In this document: positions 6,744 through 15,758 of the stretch, piece after piece | Position numbering within the stretch: the first letter of the stretch is position 1 | How the letters are laid out: the number at the start of each line of letters is the position of its first letter | Program-made: the position numbers and the translations under genes | Assembly: GCA_001751075.1 (NCBI GenBank) | Contig: MAVP01000002.1 | Coordinates: 1 to 59,973 of the forward strand | Reading direction: 5' to 3' | From: Desulfobacterales bacterium S7086C20 | Lineage (GTDB): Bacteria; Desulfobacterota; Desulfobacteria; Desulfobacterales; C00003060 | Length of the DNA stretch: 59,973 bases | Notes under the pieces: generated by a model | What the model was told of the DNA's origin: nothing | Seen by the model: only the letters and a program-made list of their open reading frames with translations | The model's database searches: none

Positions 6744-9395
6744 ATGTGCTTTGCAACTAAAAAAACGGGCCCTTCAATATTTATCGCAATAGTTTTTGTC
6801 TTAGGAGCATATATCCATGCTGAAGGCAAGAACTATAGTGTTATTGAGAAGGTCTCAACTTACCGTGAGGGAAATACCTCAGTTGTCCTCATTGAGTTGG
6901 CTGGCTATTCTACTTACAAGGTGATTCCCGTTGAAGACAATGAGATGCTCATTGCGTTTAGGGATACCGAACTTTCCAGCCAAGTTTACACCAGAGAGAC
7001 TATCTTGGGAGACAATCTGATAAAAGGGCTGGAAGTTGCCGAGAGGCCTTTTCACGTAGCCTCTGTTCTTGTCAAGACGTATAAACCGTATGAACAGATT
7101 GAGTACCAGATAAAGGAAGATGAAGAGAGATTTCGTATCGAGATGAGACATAGGCTGAAAACTTCCGTGAAGGCTTCGCAGCAGACTTTTTCTAGGCTTT
7201 TGCCTTATCGGTCGGATCCAGGTCCAGGTGAAAAGGGTAATTCCAAGGCACAAAAGAGGGCGGACGAATTTTTGGCATCTAAGGACTGCTCTACGGAGGA
7301 TGGCCATCTTTTTCTGGAGGCCAAAGAGTCCTACAGAATAGGCAAGTGGGACAAGGCGCTTGTAATTTTTGAGAAAATTATTCGAGTTTATCCAAGAAGT
7401 CGCCACTTGGAAGAGAGCTACTTCTTGATGGCCAAGAGTCTTCATGACAAGTTTAAAGATGAGATGTCAGATCATCTTCTTGAGATAACGGAGCGTTATC
7501 AGACTGCTATGAACAAGTTTCCGGAATCTGATCATGTGGTTGACGCTTTGCTCTCCATGGGAAAATGTTATTTTCAGGTCGGTCAGTACTACGAAGCGAC
7601 GAAGTATTTCGATCTAGCCCTCAAAAAGGGTAAGGATCGGCAGGTTATGGCTGAGACCCTATTTTACCGTGGCAAGATCTTTGCCTTGACAAAAAACCCC
7701 CTAATGGCACTTAGGTGTTTCGAAAAAGTAGGCCAAGAGTATTCTGAATCAAAGTATGTGCAAGAGGCGAAACTGGAAATAGCAAAAACGCTCTATCAAA
7801 TAAAATCATTCAAGCGTTCATTGGGGATGCTTAGTGAAATCGTAACTATGCGCCCTGACAGTATCTATGAGAACCCTGATATACTACTGTACGAAGGCTA
7901 TAATTATTATGAACTTGGGAGATTAAAAGAGGCAAGAGATGTCTTTTCTAAGGTTGTGAATTATTTCCCTGAGATGGGGAGTACTGATCTAATCTTGACA
8001 AGGATTGCTGATACCTTTCGAGAAGATGGCTTGGAGACCAGGGCCTCCAAGTTATACAGCCTGGTTGCAAGAACATATCCCGATTCTGAAGCCGGTCTCA
8101 TTAGTTTGCTTCGTCTTGGCGAAGGGGCAGAGCAGGCGGAAAATGAAAAGCCGCCGCTATTAGATGAAAAAGGGCCGGGAAAAGGTGAGGAAAAGCCGGA
8201 AGAAGAAAGATCTAAAGCCGCCGCTGAGATCTATGAACAAATTATTAAGAGGTATCCAGGCAATCCACTATCCCAGGTTGCTATGTTGAAGCTTGCCAGT
8301 TTGCACAAAAAGAACAAGGAGTATTCGCAATGTATCGCATCATTAAAAAAGTTGTTAGCAAAGAATCCTAAAACAAAACTTAGGGACAAAGTCGAGCGAG
8401 TCATCCAGGAGGCAATGCTCAAACTTGCTACTGTTCAAAGAAAAGAGGGGAATGATGAAGAAAGTGTGATGACTTTAAAGACGATCTTGCTGGACTATCC
8501 TCGAACAAATCTGCGTGTAGAGGTGAAGGAAGGTTTGGAAAAATCGTTGGTAGCTGTTCTTGAAAAGAAAGAAAGAACAGGAGGGGCTGAAGCTGTCATA
8601 AGCTATCATGAAACGCTAAAAGATGAGTTGCCTTTTGATGCTATGGCCAATGTCTTGCTGCGGCTTGGAAGTGCCTATAAGAGGCTCCATTTGTATGGTT
8701 ATGCCGAATCGTTATTCATGAAGGCCAGAGAATTTCATACGGAAAAAGATCTACCTGCAGATCTTCTGTTAGCTTTGGGAGAATGCAGTTATAAAGGGAA
8801 AAACTTTGATAATGCTCAAGACGTTTTGAAGGCCTTTATTTCAAAGTACCCGACACATAGACAGGTCCCGAGAGTCTATCTTTGGTTAGGAAATATTTTT
8901 CTAAAAAACAAGGAATATAATAAGGCTTTGAAGTCCTTGAAGCTTGCCATTGACAAGAATTTGGACAAAGAAAGTCGTGGCAAGGCCCTCATTGCAACGG
9001 CGGAGGCTCTAAACGGTCGGGGCGATTATAGAGGAGCAGTCATTCCGTTGAGGGAGGCGGTGGTCCTTTTGGGGAATGGTGATAGCAGCGTTTCCGAGGA
9101 TATGTTTACTGCATACCGGGAGCTTGGTGAAACCTATTTAAATCTTGGGCGCAAAAAGAGGGCTGTTGGAGCATTTGAGAGTGCTTTGCAATTGAAGCCG
9201 AAAGGGTCAGATGCTTATAGCCTGCAGTTTCAGATCGCAAAATGTTACCAGGCAACATCTCCAGCGAAGGCAGAGAATATGCTGAATCGGATTGTGTCTT
9301 CTGGAGATCCATTTTGGAGCAATGTTGCCCAAGCTAGAATCAACGAAATCAAAATGAAGGAATCTGTCGATAAGTTTGGTTTCAATAAATCCTAA
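6744..9395 (+). CDS. Large secreted TPR-repeat protein with an AMIN-like N-terminal domain
   Basis: Signal-like N-terminus 'IFIAIVFVLGAYIHAEG'. An AMIN-like beta segment ('VVLIELAGYSTYKVIPVEDNEMLIAFRDTEL'). Many TPR-like helical repeats follow ('ALVIFEKIIRVYPRS', 'AVGAFESALQLKPKG'). Confidence 0.75.
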   Translation: MCFATKKTGPSIFIAIVFVLGAYIHAEGKNYSVIEKVSTYREGNTSVVLIELAGYSTYKVIPVEDNEMLIAFRDTELSSQVYTRETILGDNLIKGLEVAERPFHVASVLVKTYKPYEQIEYQIKEDEERFRIEMRHRLKTSVKASQQTFSRLLPYRSDPGPGEKGNSKAQKRADEFLASKDCSTEDGHLFLEAKESYRIGKWDKALVIFEKIIRVYPRSRHLEESYFLMAKSLHDKFKDEMSDHLLEITERYQTAMNKFPESDHVVDALLSMGKCYFQVGQYYEATKYFDLALKKGKDRQVMAETLFYRGKIFALTKNPLMALRCFEKVGQEYSESKYVQEAKLEIAKTLYQIKSFKRSLGMLSEIVTMRPDSIYENPDILLYEGYNYYELGRLKEARDVFSKVVNYFPEMGSTDLILTRIADTFREDGLETRASKLYSLVARTYPDSEAGLISLLRLGEGAEQAENEKPPLLDEKGPGKGEEKPEEERSKAAAEIYEQIIKRYPGNPLSQVAMLKLASLHKKNKEYSQCIASLKKLLAKNPKTKLRDKVERVIQEAMLKLATVQRKEGNDEESVMTLKTILLDYPRTNLRVEVKEGLEKSLVAVLEKKERTGGAEAVISYHETLKDELPFDAMANVLLRLGSAYKRLHLYGYAESLFMKAREFHTEKDLPADLLLALGECSYKGKNFDNAQDVLKAFISKYPTHRQVPRVYLWLGNIFLKNKEYNKALKSLKLAIDKNLDKESRGKALIATAEALNGRGDYRGAVIPLREAVVLLGNGDSSVSEDMFTAYRELGETYLNLGRKKRAVGAFESALQLKPKGSDAYSLQFQIAKCYQATSPAKAENMLNRIVSSGDPFWSNVAQARINEIKMKESVDKFGFNKS

Positions 9396-9421
9396 ACTCG
9401 AATTTAAGCATCTGAGCCTAT

Positions 9422-10765
9422 ATGACAAATAAAAAAAGCATACTCTTAGTAGAAGATCAATATGACGAAAGAATGGCACTGTGTGACACCTTGAACAGTT
9501 GGGGATTTGATGTGACGGCTGTTGGTGACGGCAGGAAGGGGTATGAAAAATTCAGGGCGGATGATTACAGTGTTGTGATTACGGATCTGAAGATGCCGGA
9601 GATGGACGGTATTGAATTACTAAGAAAGCTCAAAAACAAAAGACATGACGTTCCTGTCATCATGATGTCTGGTTACGCTACGGTACAGTTTGCTGTTGAA
9701 GCTATGAGGATGGGAGCCTTTGACTTCGTGACAAAGCCTCTTATACCAAAAGTCATAGAATCAACGGTAAAAAGGGCTGTGGCGAACGGTTCGAGTCTAG
9801 ACACTTTAAATGACACAAAACGGTCTGAACCATCCATTATAACAAAGAATCGTCACCTCCTTCAACTGTTAGATCTGGCAAGGGATATAGCTGATAGCAA
9901 GGCCCCTGTCTTTATCCAAGGGGAAAGTGGTACCGGCAAAGAGCTTTTTGCCCGCGTTATTCACAACAGATGTGGTTCTGGGACAAGGCCTTTTGTGCCC
10001 TTAAACTGCGCGGCCTTGCCGGACGGGCTCTTGGAAAGCGAACTTTTTGGTCATGAAAAAGGCGCTTTTACAGGGGCAATAACAAGAAAGCTTGGCAAGT
10101 TTGAACTGGCCCATGGTGGTACGATCCTCTTGGATGAAATCAGTGAGATGAACATCAATCTTCAGGCGAAGCTGCTAAGGGTTTTGCAGGAATCAGAGAT
10201 TGATCGAGTAGGTGGTCATAGTCCTGTCTCCATTGATATTCGGGTGATCGCGACAACAAATCGGGATATTGAGGCTGCCGTAAAGGCAGAAAAATTTCGG
10301 TCGGATCTCTATTATCGCCTTAACGTCATCCCGATTAAGCTTCCACCATTGCGTGACAGGAAGGAAGATATCCCACCTCTCGTTGACCACTTTATTGAGA
10401 AGTACAACAGAATTGATAGTCGTAATGTTGAAGGTTTGACAGATGACGCTCTCCAGATGCTTGTTCAAATGGAGTGGCCAGGCAATGTAAGGGAACTTGA
10501 AAACATTACCGAGAGGGCCGTACTTTTGTGCAAGACTGGGGTGATTGGCAGGGAAGACCTATTCGTAATGGAAGATCCCCCGGTGGCGGATGAACAGACA
10601 TTTTCAATGGACGGCTCTCTTAAGGAAATGGAAAAAAAGATGATATTTCACGCCCTTGGTGAAACAGATGGCAATAGAACACATGCTGCGGATATCCTTG
10701 GGATAAGTGTTAGAACATTACGGAATAAATTGCACGAATACCGCCAAAACATGGAAATGCTATAA
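9422..10765 (+). CDS. NtrC-family sigma54-dependent response regulator (second copy)
   Basis: Receiver 'ILLVEDQ..VITDLKMPEMDG', 'GESGTGKE', 'ESELFGHEKGAFTGA', and the HTH 'NRTHAADILGISVRTLRNKLHEY'. Confidence 0.92.
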   Translation: MTNKKSILLVEDQYDERMALCDTLNSWGFDVTAVGDGRKGYEKFRADDYSVVITDLKMPEMDGIELLRKLKNKRHDVPVIMMSGYATVQFAVEAMRMGAFDFVTKPLIPKVIESTVKRAVANGSSLDTLNDTKRSEPSIITKNRHLLQLLDLARDIADSKAPVFIQGESGTGKELFARVIHNRCGSGTRPFVPLNCAALPDGLLESELFGHEKGAFTGAITRKLGKFELAHGGTILLDEISEMNINLQAKLLRVLQESEIDRVGGHSPVSIDIRVIATTNRDIEAAVKAEKFRSDLYYRLNVIPIKLPPLRDRKEDIPPLVDHFIEKYNRIDSRNVEGLTDDALQMLVQMEWPGNVRELENITERAVLLCKTGVIGREDLFVMEDPPVADEQTFSMDGSLKEMEKKMIFHALGETDGNRTHAADILGISVRTLRNKLHEYRQNMEML

Positions 10766-10768
10766 TGA

Positions 10769-10947
10769 GGGCTCGCGCAAAAATAAATTCACATTTTGAC
10801 ATCTCAGCTTCAGGCTATCTTTGTCCGATGCCTTATTCGCAAAATCCGCGAAATAGCTCGCTATTCCTGTGGTTTTGCTCAATCGGATCGGACAAATCTA
10901 ACCCAAATCTGAGCGCCAATTCTGCGAACTTATTTCTGTGCGAGCCC
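10769..10947. mobile_element. 179-bp family-1 TIR element (MITE-like) between the activator gene's stop and the flgB promoter
   Basis: Left end GGGCTCGCGCAAAAATAAATTC; reverse complement of the right end GGGCTCGCACAGAAATAAGTTC (19/22 match). Flanks are TGA (10766-10768) on the left and TAA (10948-10950) on the right. An internal 10-bp inverted repeat TTTGTCCGAT/ATCGGACAAA is present, so the whole element can fold into a long hairpin. Confidence 0.75.
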
Positions 10948-10950
10948 TAA

Positions 10951-10965
10951 GGGCATGCAAATTGC
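10951..10965 (+). promoter_or_regulatory. sigma54 (-24/-12) promoter candidate upstream of flgB
   Basis: GGGCAT-GCAAA-TTGCT with canonical GG..GC spacing. It directly abuts the element's right TAA flank and lies about 180 bp upstream of flgB. Confidence 0.55.
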
Positions 10966-11143
10966 TACATTTACAAATGACGTATGGTGATGAGAATGCG
11001 ACCTCTGAACCCTTGGTCCAGACCGACTATCGGCACTATATATACGAAAAATATAGTCTAAGTCTATTCGCAAAGATTTGTAATTATGCCATCAGTCGCA
11101 CCAGGGCGGGCTTTGAACCCGTGAACGGTTATGAGTTGAACTT

Positions 11144-11533
11144 ATGCCAATAAAATCACTATTTGGAAGAACATATCAAGTTGTTGAGCGGGCGCTTGAA
11201 GTAACAAAGTCGCGGCATGGCGTGATAGCGAGCAACATTGCAAATGTTGACACTCAAGGTTACAAAACCAAAGAACTGAATTTTGACAAGGCCCTAGATA
11301 ATGCCCTTGACAAAGGATCGGTAGAGGTTAGGCGTACCAATCCACTACATTTTGGGAGGCAGAATCTGGGAGCAGGCAGCTTTGAGACCTCTAAAGCATC
11401 GTATTCAGGAGTAGATATTGATAAGGAAATGTCAAAACTTGCAGAAAATAATCTGAGGTTCCAGACTGGGGTTGAAGCACTATTAAGAAAATTTTCCGCC
11501 TTGAAATATGCCGTAACGGAAGGAGGGCGATGA
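11144..11533 (+). CDS. flgB: Flagellar basal-body rod protein FlgB
   Basis: 'SRHGVIASNIANVDTQGYK' rod N-terminal motif, 129 aa, and first gene of the flgBC-fliE order. Confidence 0.93.
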   Translation: MPIKSLFGRTYQVVERALEVTKSRHGVIASNIANVDTQGYKTKELNFDKALDNALDKGSVEVRRTNPLHFGRQNLGAGSFETSKASYSGVDIDKEMSKLAENNLRFQTGVEALLRKFSALKYAVTEGGR

Positions 11534-11535
11534 TT

Positions 11536-11967
11536 ATGGATTTCTTGACCGCACTTCATTTGAGTAGCACAGGTTTAACTGCTCAAAGGACTGCTATGAA
11601 TGTTATTGCTACAAATCTTGCTAATGTGAATACCACACGAACTCCTGAAGGTACTCCATATAGAAGACAAATTGCCATAATGGAGGCCAAGCCGATGCAT
11701 AATTTTGGCTCGGTCTTAAATGCACAGGTTGAGGCAATGAGTGGGGTACAGGTAGGTGACATTGTACAAGAGGCAACACCTTTTAGGAAGGTATATAATC
11801 CCGGCCATCCAGATGCCGATGAATCCGGGTATGTGTCTTTTCCGAATGTCAATGTGGTTACTGAGACGGCGGACCTTATGGTAGCCAGGAGATCGTATGA
11901 GGCAAATGTTACTGCCATTTCAGTGACCAAGAAGATGGCATTAAAGGCATTGCAGATCGGAAAATAA
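11536..11967 (+). CDS. flgC: Flagellar basal-body rod protein FlgC
   Basis: 'SSTGLTAQRTAMNVIATNLANVNTTRTPEGTPYRRQ' and the C-terminal 'RSYEANVTAI'. The ATG at 11536 has better RBS spacing (GGAAGGAGGG) than the ATG at 11530. Confidence 0.93.
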   Translation: MDFLTALHLSSTGLTAQRTAMNVIATNLANVNTTRTPEGTPYRRQIAIMEAKPMHNFGSVLNAQVEAMSGVQVGDIVQEATPFRKVYNPGHPDADESGYVSFPNVNVVTETADLMVARRSYEANVTAISVTKKMALKALQIGK

Positions 11968-11986
11968 AAGAGATTAGGAGTGCGTA

Positions 11987-12280
11987 ATGGATGATTTAAC
12001 GATTCAATATAGTCCTACCCCCGGTGTTCGTGAGTCAGGAAAGGCGCCCGATAAAAGATCGGGACCTGGTTTTTACGATTTTATCAAAGGGGCTGTCAAG
12101 AACTTAAATGACATGGAAGCAAAGGCCGATCAGTCGGTGGAACAACTTATGAAAGGAAAGGCCGGTATTCATGAAACCATGATTGCCCTTCAAAAGGCCG
12201 ACATTTCCCTGAGGGTTTTCCTGCAGGTTCGAAATAAGGCGATGGATGCCTACCGGGAGATTATGAGGATGCCATTTTAA
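11987..12280 (+). CDS. fliE: Flagellar hook-basal body complex protein FliE
   Basis: 97 aa, with the C-terminal 'HETMIALQKADISLRVFLQVRNKAMDAYREIMRM' typical of FliE. The position after flgC supports the call. Confidence 0.9.
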   Translation: MDDLTIQYSPTPGVRESGKAPDKRSGPGFYDFIKGAVKNLNDMEAKADQSVEQLMKGKAGIHETMIALQKADISLRVFLQVRNKAMDAYREIMRMPF

Positions 12281-12377
12281 AGTGTGTGTTTGTTAATCGG
12301 AAATCGCGAACCGGAAATTATGGAATTCGGGTAGGAATATTTTTTATTAAATTGTTGGGGAACAAAGAAAAGAGGAT

Positions 12378-13952
12378 ATGAAGGCATTTATTGAACAGTT
12401 TCTTGCAGCATTCCAGACGATGCCCACATCGAAGAAGCTTACTATGGTTGTGACATTAGGCCTTGTAGTGGCTGGTTTTGTCGTAATGTTTCTTTGGGTC
12501 AATCAGGTTGATTATGGGGCTTTATACACCGGCTTGTCTCCTGAAGATGCCGGCAAGATTGTGTCGAAGCTTAAAGAGCAGCGCATTCCCTATAAGTTTA
12601 CTGCCGGCGGGTCCTCTCTGTTGGTTCCATCTGAACAGGTGCATGAGTTGCGTCTCACCTTGGCTAGCGATGGATTGCCGGCAGGCGGGAATGTCGGTTT
12701 CGAAATCTTCGATCAGGCCAATTTCAGCACTACGGAATTTGTCCAAAAGCTTAACTACCAGAGGGCATTGCAGGGAGAACTGGAAAGGACCTTAAGCGGT
12801 TTCCGCGAGGTTGAACGTGCCCGTGTTCTCTTGGTTATACCTGAAGAGTCATTGTTTGTCGAGGATAGTAAATCACCCTCTGCTTCAGTATCGCTAAAAC
12901 TAAGGTCTTCCCTTGCTTCGGATAAAGTTGCAGGCATTGTGCATATTGTAGCAAGTGCCGTTGAAGGGCTTTCTACCAACCAGGTTACAGTGGTTGATAC
13001 TACCGGCAAGGTGCTGTTTAAGGGGGCGGATCAGGCAGATCAGGCAGCCCTTTTTGCCAGTACCAAGCTGGATTATCAGCGGCAAATTGAGGCAAAGGTG
13101 GCTGGTCGAGTGCAGAGTATGTTGGAGGGAATTGTTGGTAAGGGCAAGGCAATAGTGCGTGTCAGCGCTGATATAGAGCTTGATCGGATTGATTTGAGTG
13201 AGGTGGAATACAATCCTGACAGCAAAGTAATAAGGAGTGAACAGCGAAGCTCGGAAACAGCTAGAGGCGGTTCGGCAGGCGCCTCCGGGGTTCGACTCGA
13301 AAATACAAACCAAGGTACTGTTCCTGTTCAAGGTGGGATCAAGGGAGAAGGCCAATCTCAGAAGCAAGATGAAGTTATCAACTATGAAATAAACAGGACC
13401 ACGAAACATACTACAAAGCCTTCCGGGGCAATTAAAAGACTTTCTGTGGCAGCAGTCGTAGACGGGAGATATGAGGTAATTACCGCTAAAGATGATTCGC
13501 AGACAAAGAAGTACATTCCGAGGAACCAAGAAGAGCTTGATGAATTCGAGAAACTAGTGAAGAAAGCCATGGGCTTTAGTGAGGACCGTGAAGATCAGAT
13601 CTACATGAGTTCTATCGCTTTTTCTGTTTCTGATATACCATCCTTTGAAGAGAAAGAAGGTGTGGACTGGTTGGACATGGCGCGCGAATATTCCAAGCCT
13701 CTGCTAAATACTATGTTGGTCCTTTTGGTTTTTATGTTTGTGGTTAGGCCACTGGTCAAATCAGTAAGGCAGGCTGGTACAGCAGTGAATGTGCAAGGGC
13801 GGAAAGAGTTATCAGATGGTGGGCAAGAATCTGAGCGAAGTGGATTGCCGGAACCTAAGCTGGATCAACGAGCGAGGACAATGCAATTGGCACGAGAAAA
13901 CAGTAAAAAGACCGAAGAATTACTTAGAGGCTGGTTGAATGAGGAGAGCTAA
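12378..13952 (+). CDS. fliF: Flagellar MS-ring protein FliF
   Basis: 524 aa with an N-terminal TM segment, 'LSPEDAGKIVSKLKEQRIPYK', 'NYQRALQGELERTL' and a C-terminal TM segment. Synteny supports the call. Confidence 0.95.
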   Translation: MKAFIEQFLAAFQTMPTSKKLTMVVTLGLVVAGFVVMFLWVNQVDYGALYTGLSPEDAGKIVSKLKEQRIPYKFTAGGSSLLVPSEQVHELRLTLASDGLPAGGNVGFEIFDQANFSTTEFVQKLNYQRALQGELERTLSGFREVERARVLLVIPEESLFVEDSKSPSASVSLKLRSSLASDKVAGIVHIVASAVEGLSTNQVTVVDTTGKVLFKGADQADQAALFASTKLDYQRQIEAKVAGRVQSMLEGIVGKGKAIVRVSADIELDRIDLSEVEYNPDSKVIRSEQRSSETARGGSAGASGVRLENTNQGTVPVQGGIKGEGQSQKQDEVINYEINRTTKHTTKPSGAIKRLSVAAVVDGRYEVITAKDDSQTKKYIPRNQEELDEFEKLVKKAMGFSEDREDQIYMSSIAFSVSDIPSFEEKEGVDWLDMAREYSKPLLNTMLVLLVFMFVVRPLVKSVRQAGTAVNVQGRKELSDGGQESERSGLPEPKLDQRARTMQLARENSKKTEELLRGWLNEES

Positions 13953-14971
13953 TGGCAGAGCAAGTGCTGGATCGTGAGAAACTAACCGGACCACAAAAGG
14001 CTGCTGTCTTCTTGCTGTTGATGGGAGAAGAGTTTAGTTCACAGATATTTAAGAAAATGGATGAAGATGAGATTGGCAAACTTGCCTCAAAGATGGCTCA
14101 GATCCAGCATGTCCCTCCAGCTGTGATGACACAAGTGATAACTGAATTTGCAGATGGTATGGAAGATGATCGAGTAATGGTTAAAGGTGACATATTTCTG
14201 AAAACGCTTACGGATCTTGGCTTGGACGATGTGAGAGCCAAGGCTATTTATAAGGAAATTGACAGAGGAAAAAAGGACACCCCTTTCAACTATTTGGATG
14301 GGATGGAGGCCAAGGATATTATCAATATTGTCAGTGGCGAGCATCCCCAGACTATTGCACTGATTTTGGTTTATCTTAAGCCTAGGAGAGCAGCGGAGGT
14401 TTTGAGCGGGCTGCCAAAGGAGATGCAAACAACTTTGGCGATGCGTATTGCTGAAATTGATCGAGTGCCTGTGGAAGTGGTTAAAGAAGTTGATGATGCT
14501 CTTCGAAAAGAGCTTACTGGCAGAAGTGGCTCTGGCAGTGGGAAAAAGATGGGTGGTATTAGTTGTCTTGCAGATATATTAAACGAAGTTGACAAGGAAA
14601 CGGAAGAAAATGTGCTATCTACCATGGAGGAGGAAAGAGGAGATATTGTCGAAGAGGTCCGGCAGCTTATGTTCGTTTTTGAAGACCTTATCAAGGTGGA
14701 TGATCGCGGTATGCGAGAGGTCTTAAAGCAGGTAGAAAGTCAGCAACTGAGTATCGCGCTTAAGACCGCCTCAGAAGAGATGCAAGACAAGATCTTTGGC
14801 AATCTCTCACAAAGAGCGGGGGAGATGCTTAAAGAAGACATTGAGGTTATGGGGCCAGTGAAATTGAGCGATGTGGAAATGGCCCAGCAGGCTATAATTC
14901 GGGTTGCCAGAGAACTTGAAGCTGAAGGAAAGATAGTTCTTGCGAAGGGAACGGAAGATATCCTTGTCTGA
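13952..14971 (+). CDS. fliG: Flagellar motor switch protein FliG
   Basis: 'LTGPQKAAVFLLLMGEEFSSQIFKKMDEDEI' and 'FVFEDLIKVDDRGMREVLK', 339 aa. Confidence 0.95.
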   Translation: MAEQVLDREKLTGPQKAAVFLLLMGEEFSSQIFKKMDEDEIGKLASKMAQIQHVPPAVMTQVITEFADGMEDDRVMVKGDIFLKTLTDLGLDDVRAKAIYKEIDRGKKDTPFNYLDGMEAKDIINIVSGEHPQTIALILVYLKPRRAAEVLSGLPKEMQTTLAMRIAEIDRVPVEVVKEVDDALRKELTGRSGSGSGKKMGGISCLADILNEVDKETEENVLSTMEEERGDIVEEVRQLMFVFEDLIKVDDRGMREVLKQVESQQLSIALKTASEEMQDKIFGNLSQRAGEMLKEDIEVMGPVKLSDVEMAQQAIIRVARELEAEGKIVLAKGTEDILV

Positions 14972-15032
14972 TAGTAACGAACATAATAACGAACAGGGTC
15001 AGCCACAAAGCGGCGGATACGAAGCATTTCAG

Positions 15033-15758
15033 ATGGAGTCATTTGATGATGCAGGGGGTTCGTCTACTGGGCAAGGAGACGGATATATTTTTGAGGCATT
15101 ATACAACAGTGGCGGGAGAGCAGCCGGCTCCTTTGATTATATGATTTCAAATTGTGTGGAGTGTGCCGAAGAAATTGTCGCAAAAGCCGAAGAGATTATA
15201 AGCGAGGCAAAAAAGAAGGCCGATTCAATTGAACGCGATGCCTACGAAAAGGGTTTTGCCCAGGGTGAAAAAGATGGTCTGGAAATTGGTGGCAAGAGAG
15301 TTGATAAAATATTAGAAAAGATTGAGCAGGTTTTACAAGAAGTAGTCAAATATAAGGAAACGTTTATGGTAAAGTGCGAGAAGGAGGCACTAGACCTGAT
15401 TCGTCGTATTGCAGAAAAGGTTGTCCATGGTCTGGCAAGAGTGGATCATGAGATTGTACGGAAAACCATCTTTGAGGCCTTTCGTCTTGTTGCCGATTGT
15501 TCTGAGGTTACAGTAAGGATCAGTCAGGAAGATATGGATTACGTAAAGGAATTAAGGCCGGAGTTTTTTGATCGCATAAATGGATTAAAATCGATAACAA
15601 TGGAATCAGATCCTTCCATAACTCCCGGCGGGTGTTATTTGGAAACAGCTTTTGGCGATGTTGACGGTCGCTTGGAGACTCAATTGGAAAAAATTGCCGA
15701 AGCTATGAAGAATAGCTTTAAGCAAGGGATAAAAGAAGGTATTGATAGTCAATTATGA
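15033..15758 (+). CDS. fliH: Flagellar assembly protein FliH (start uncertain; the alternative is TTG at 14940, overlapping fliG)
   Basis: 'AEEIISEAKKKADSIERDAYEKGFAQGEKDG' is a FliH/V-ATPase-E-like helix. The position between fliG and fliI supports the call. Confidence 0.8.
   Translation: MESFDDAGGSSTGQGDGYIFEALYNSGGRAAGSFDYMISNCVECAEEIVAKAEEIISEAKKKADSIERDAYEKGFAQGEKDGLEIGGKRVDKILEKIEQVLQEVVKYKETFMVKCEKEALDLIRRIAEKVVHGLARVDHEIVRKTIFEAFRLVADCSEVTVRISQEDMDYVKELRPEFFDRINGLKSITMESDPSITPGGCYLETAFGDVDGRLETQLEKIAEAMKNSFKQGIKEGIDSQL

Noticed and set aside
10765-10950. A 61-aa ORF (and the 62-aa ORF 4780..4968) coinciding with the TIR elements
   Set aside because: Both ORFs sit almost entirely inside the repeat elements and lack RBSs. 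Their frames are not conserved between element copies, so these look like non-autonomous elements rather than genes.
12900-13529. A 209-aa antisense ORF inside fliF. Similar long antisense ORFs occur at 25500..26087 (inside motB), 6879..7445 (inside the TPR gene), 30700..31179 (inside flhB) and 2272..2712 (inside the kinase gene).
   Set aside because: Each is fully overlapped by a sense gene with strong family signatures. The translations are low-complexity with no recognisable domains, so I treat them as shadow ORFs.
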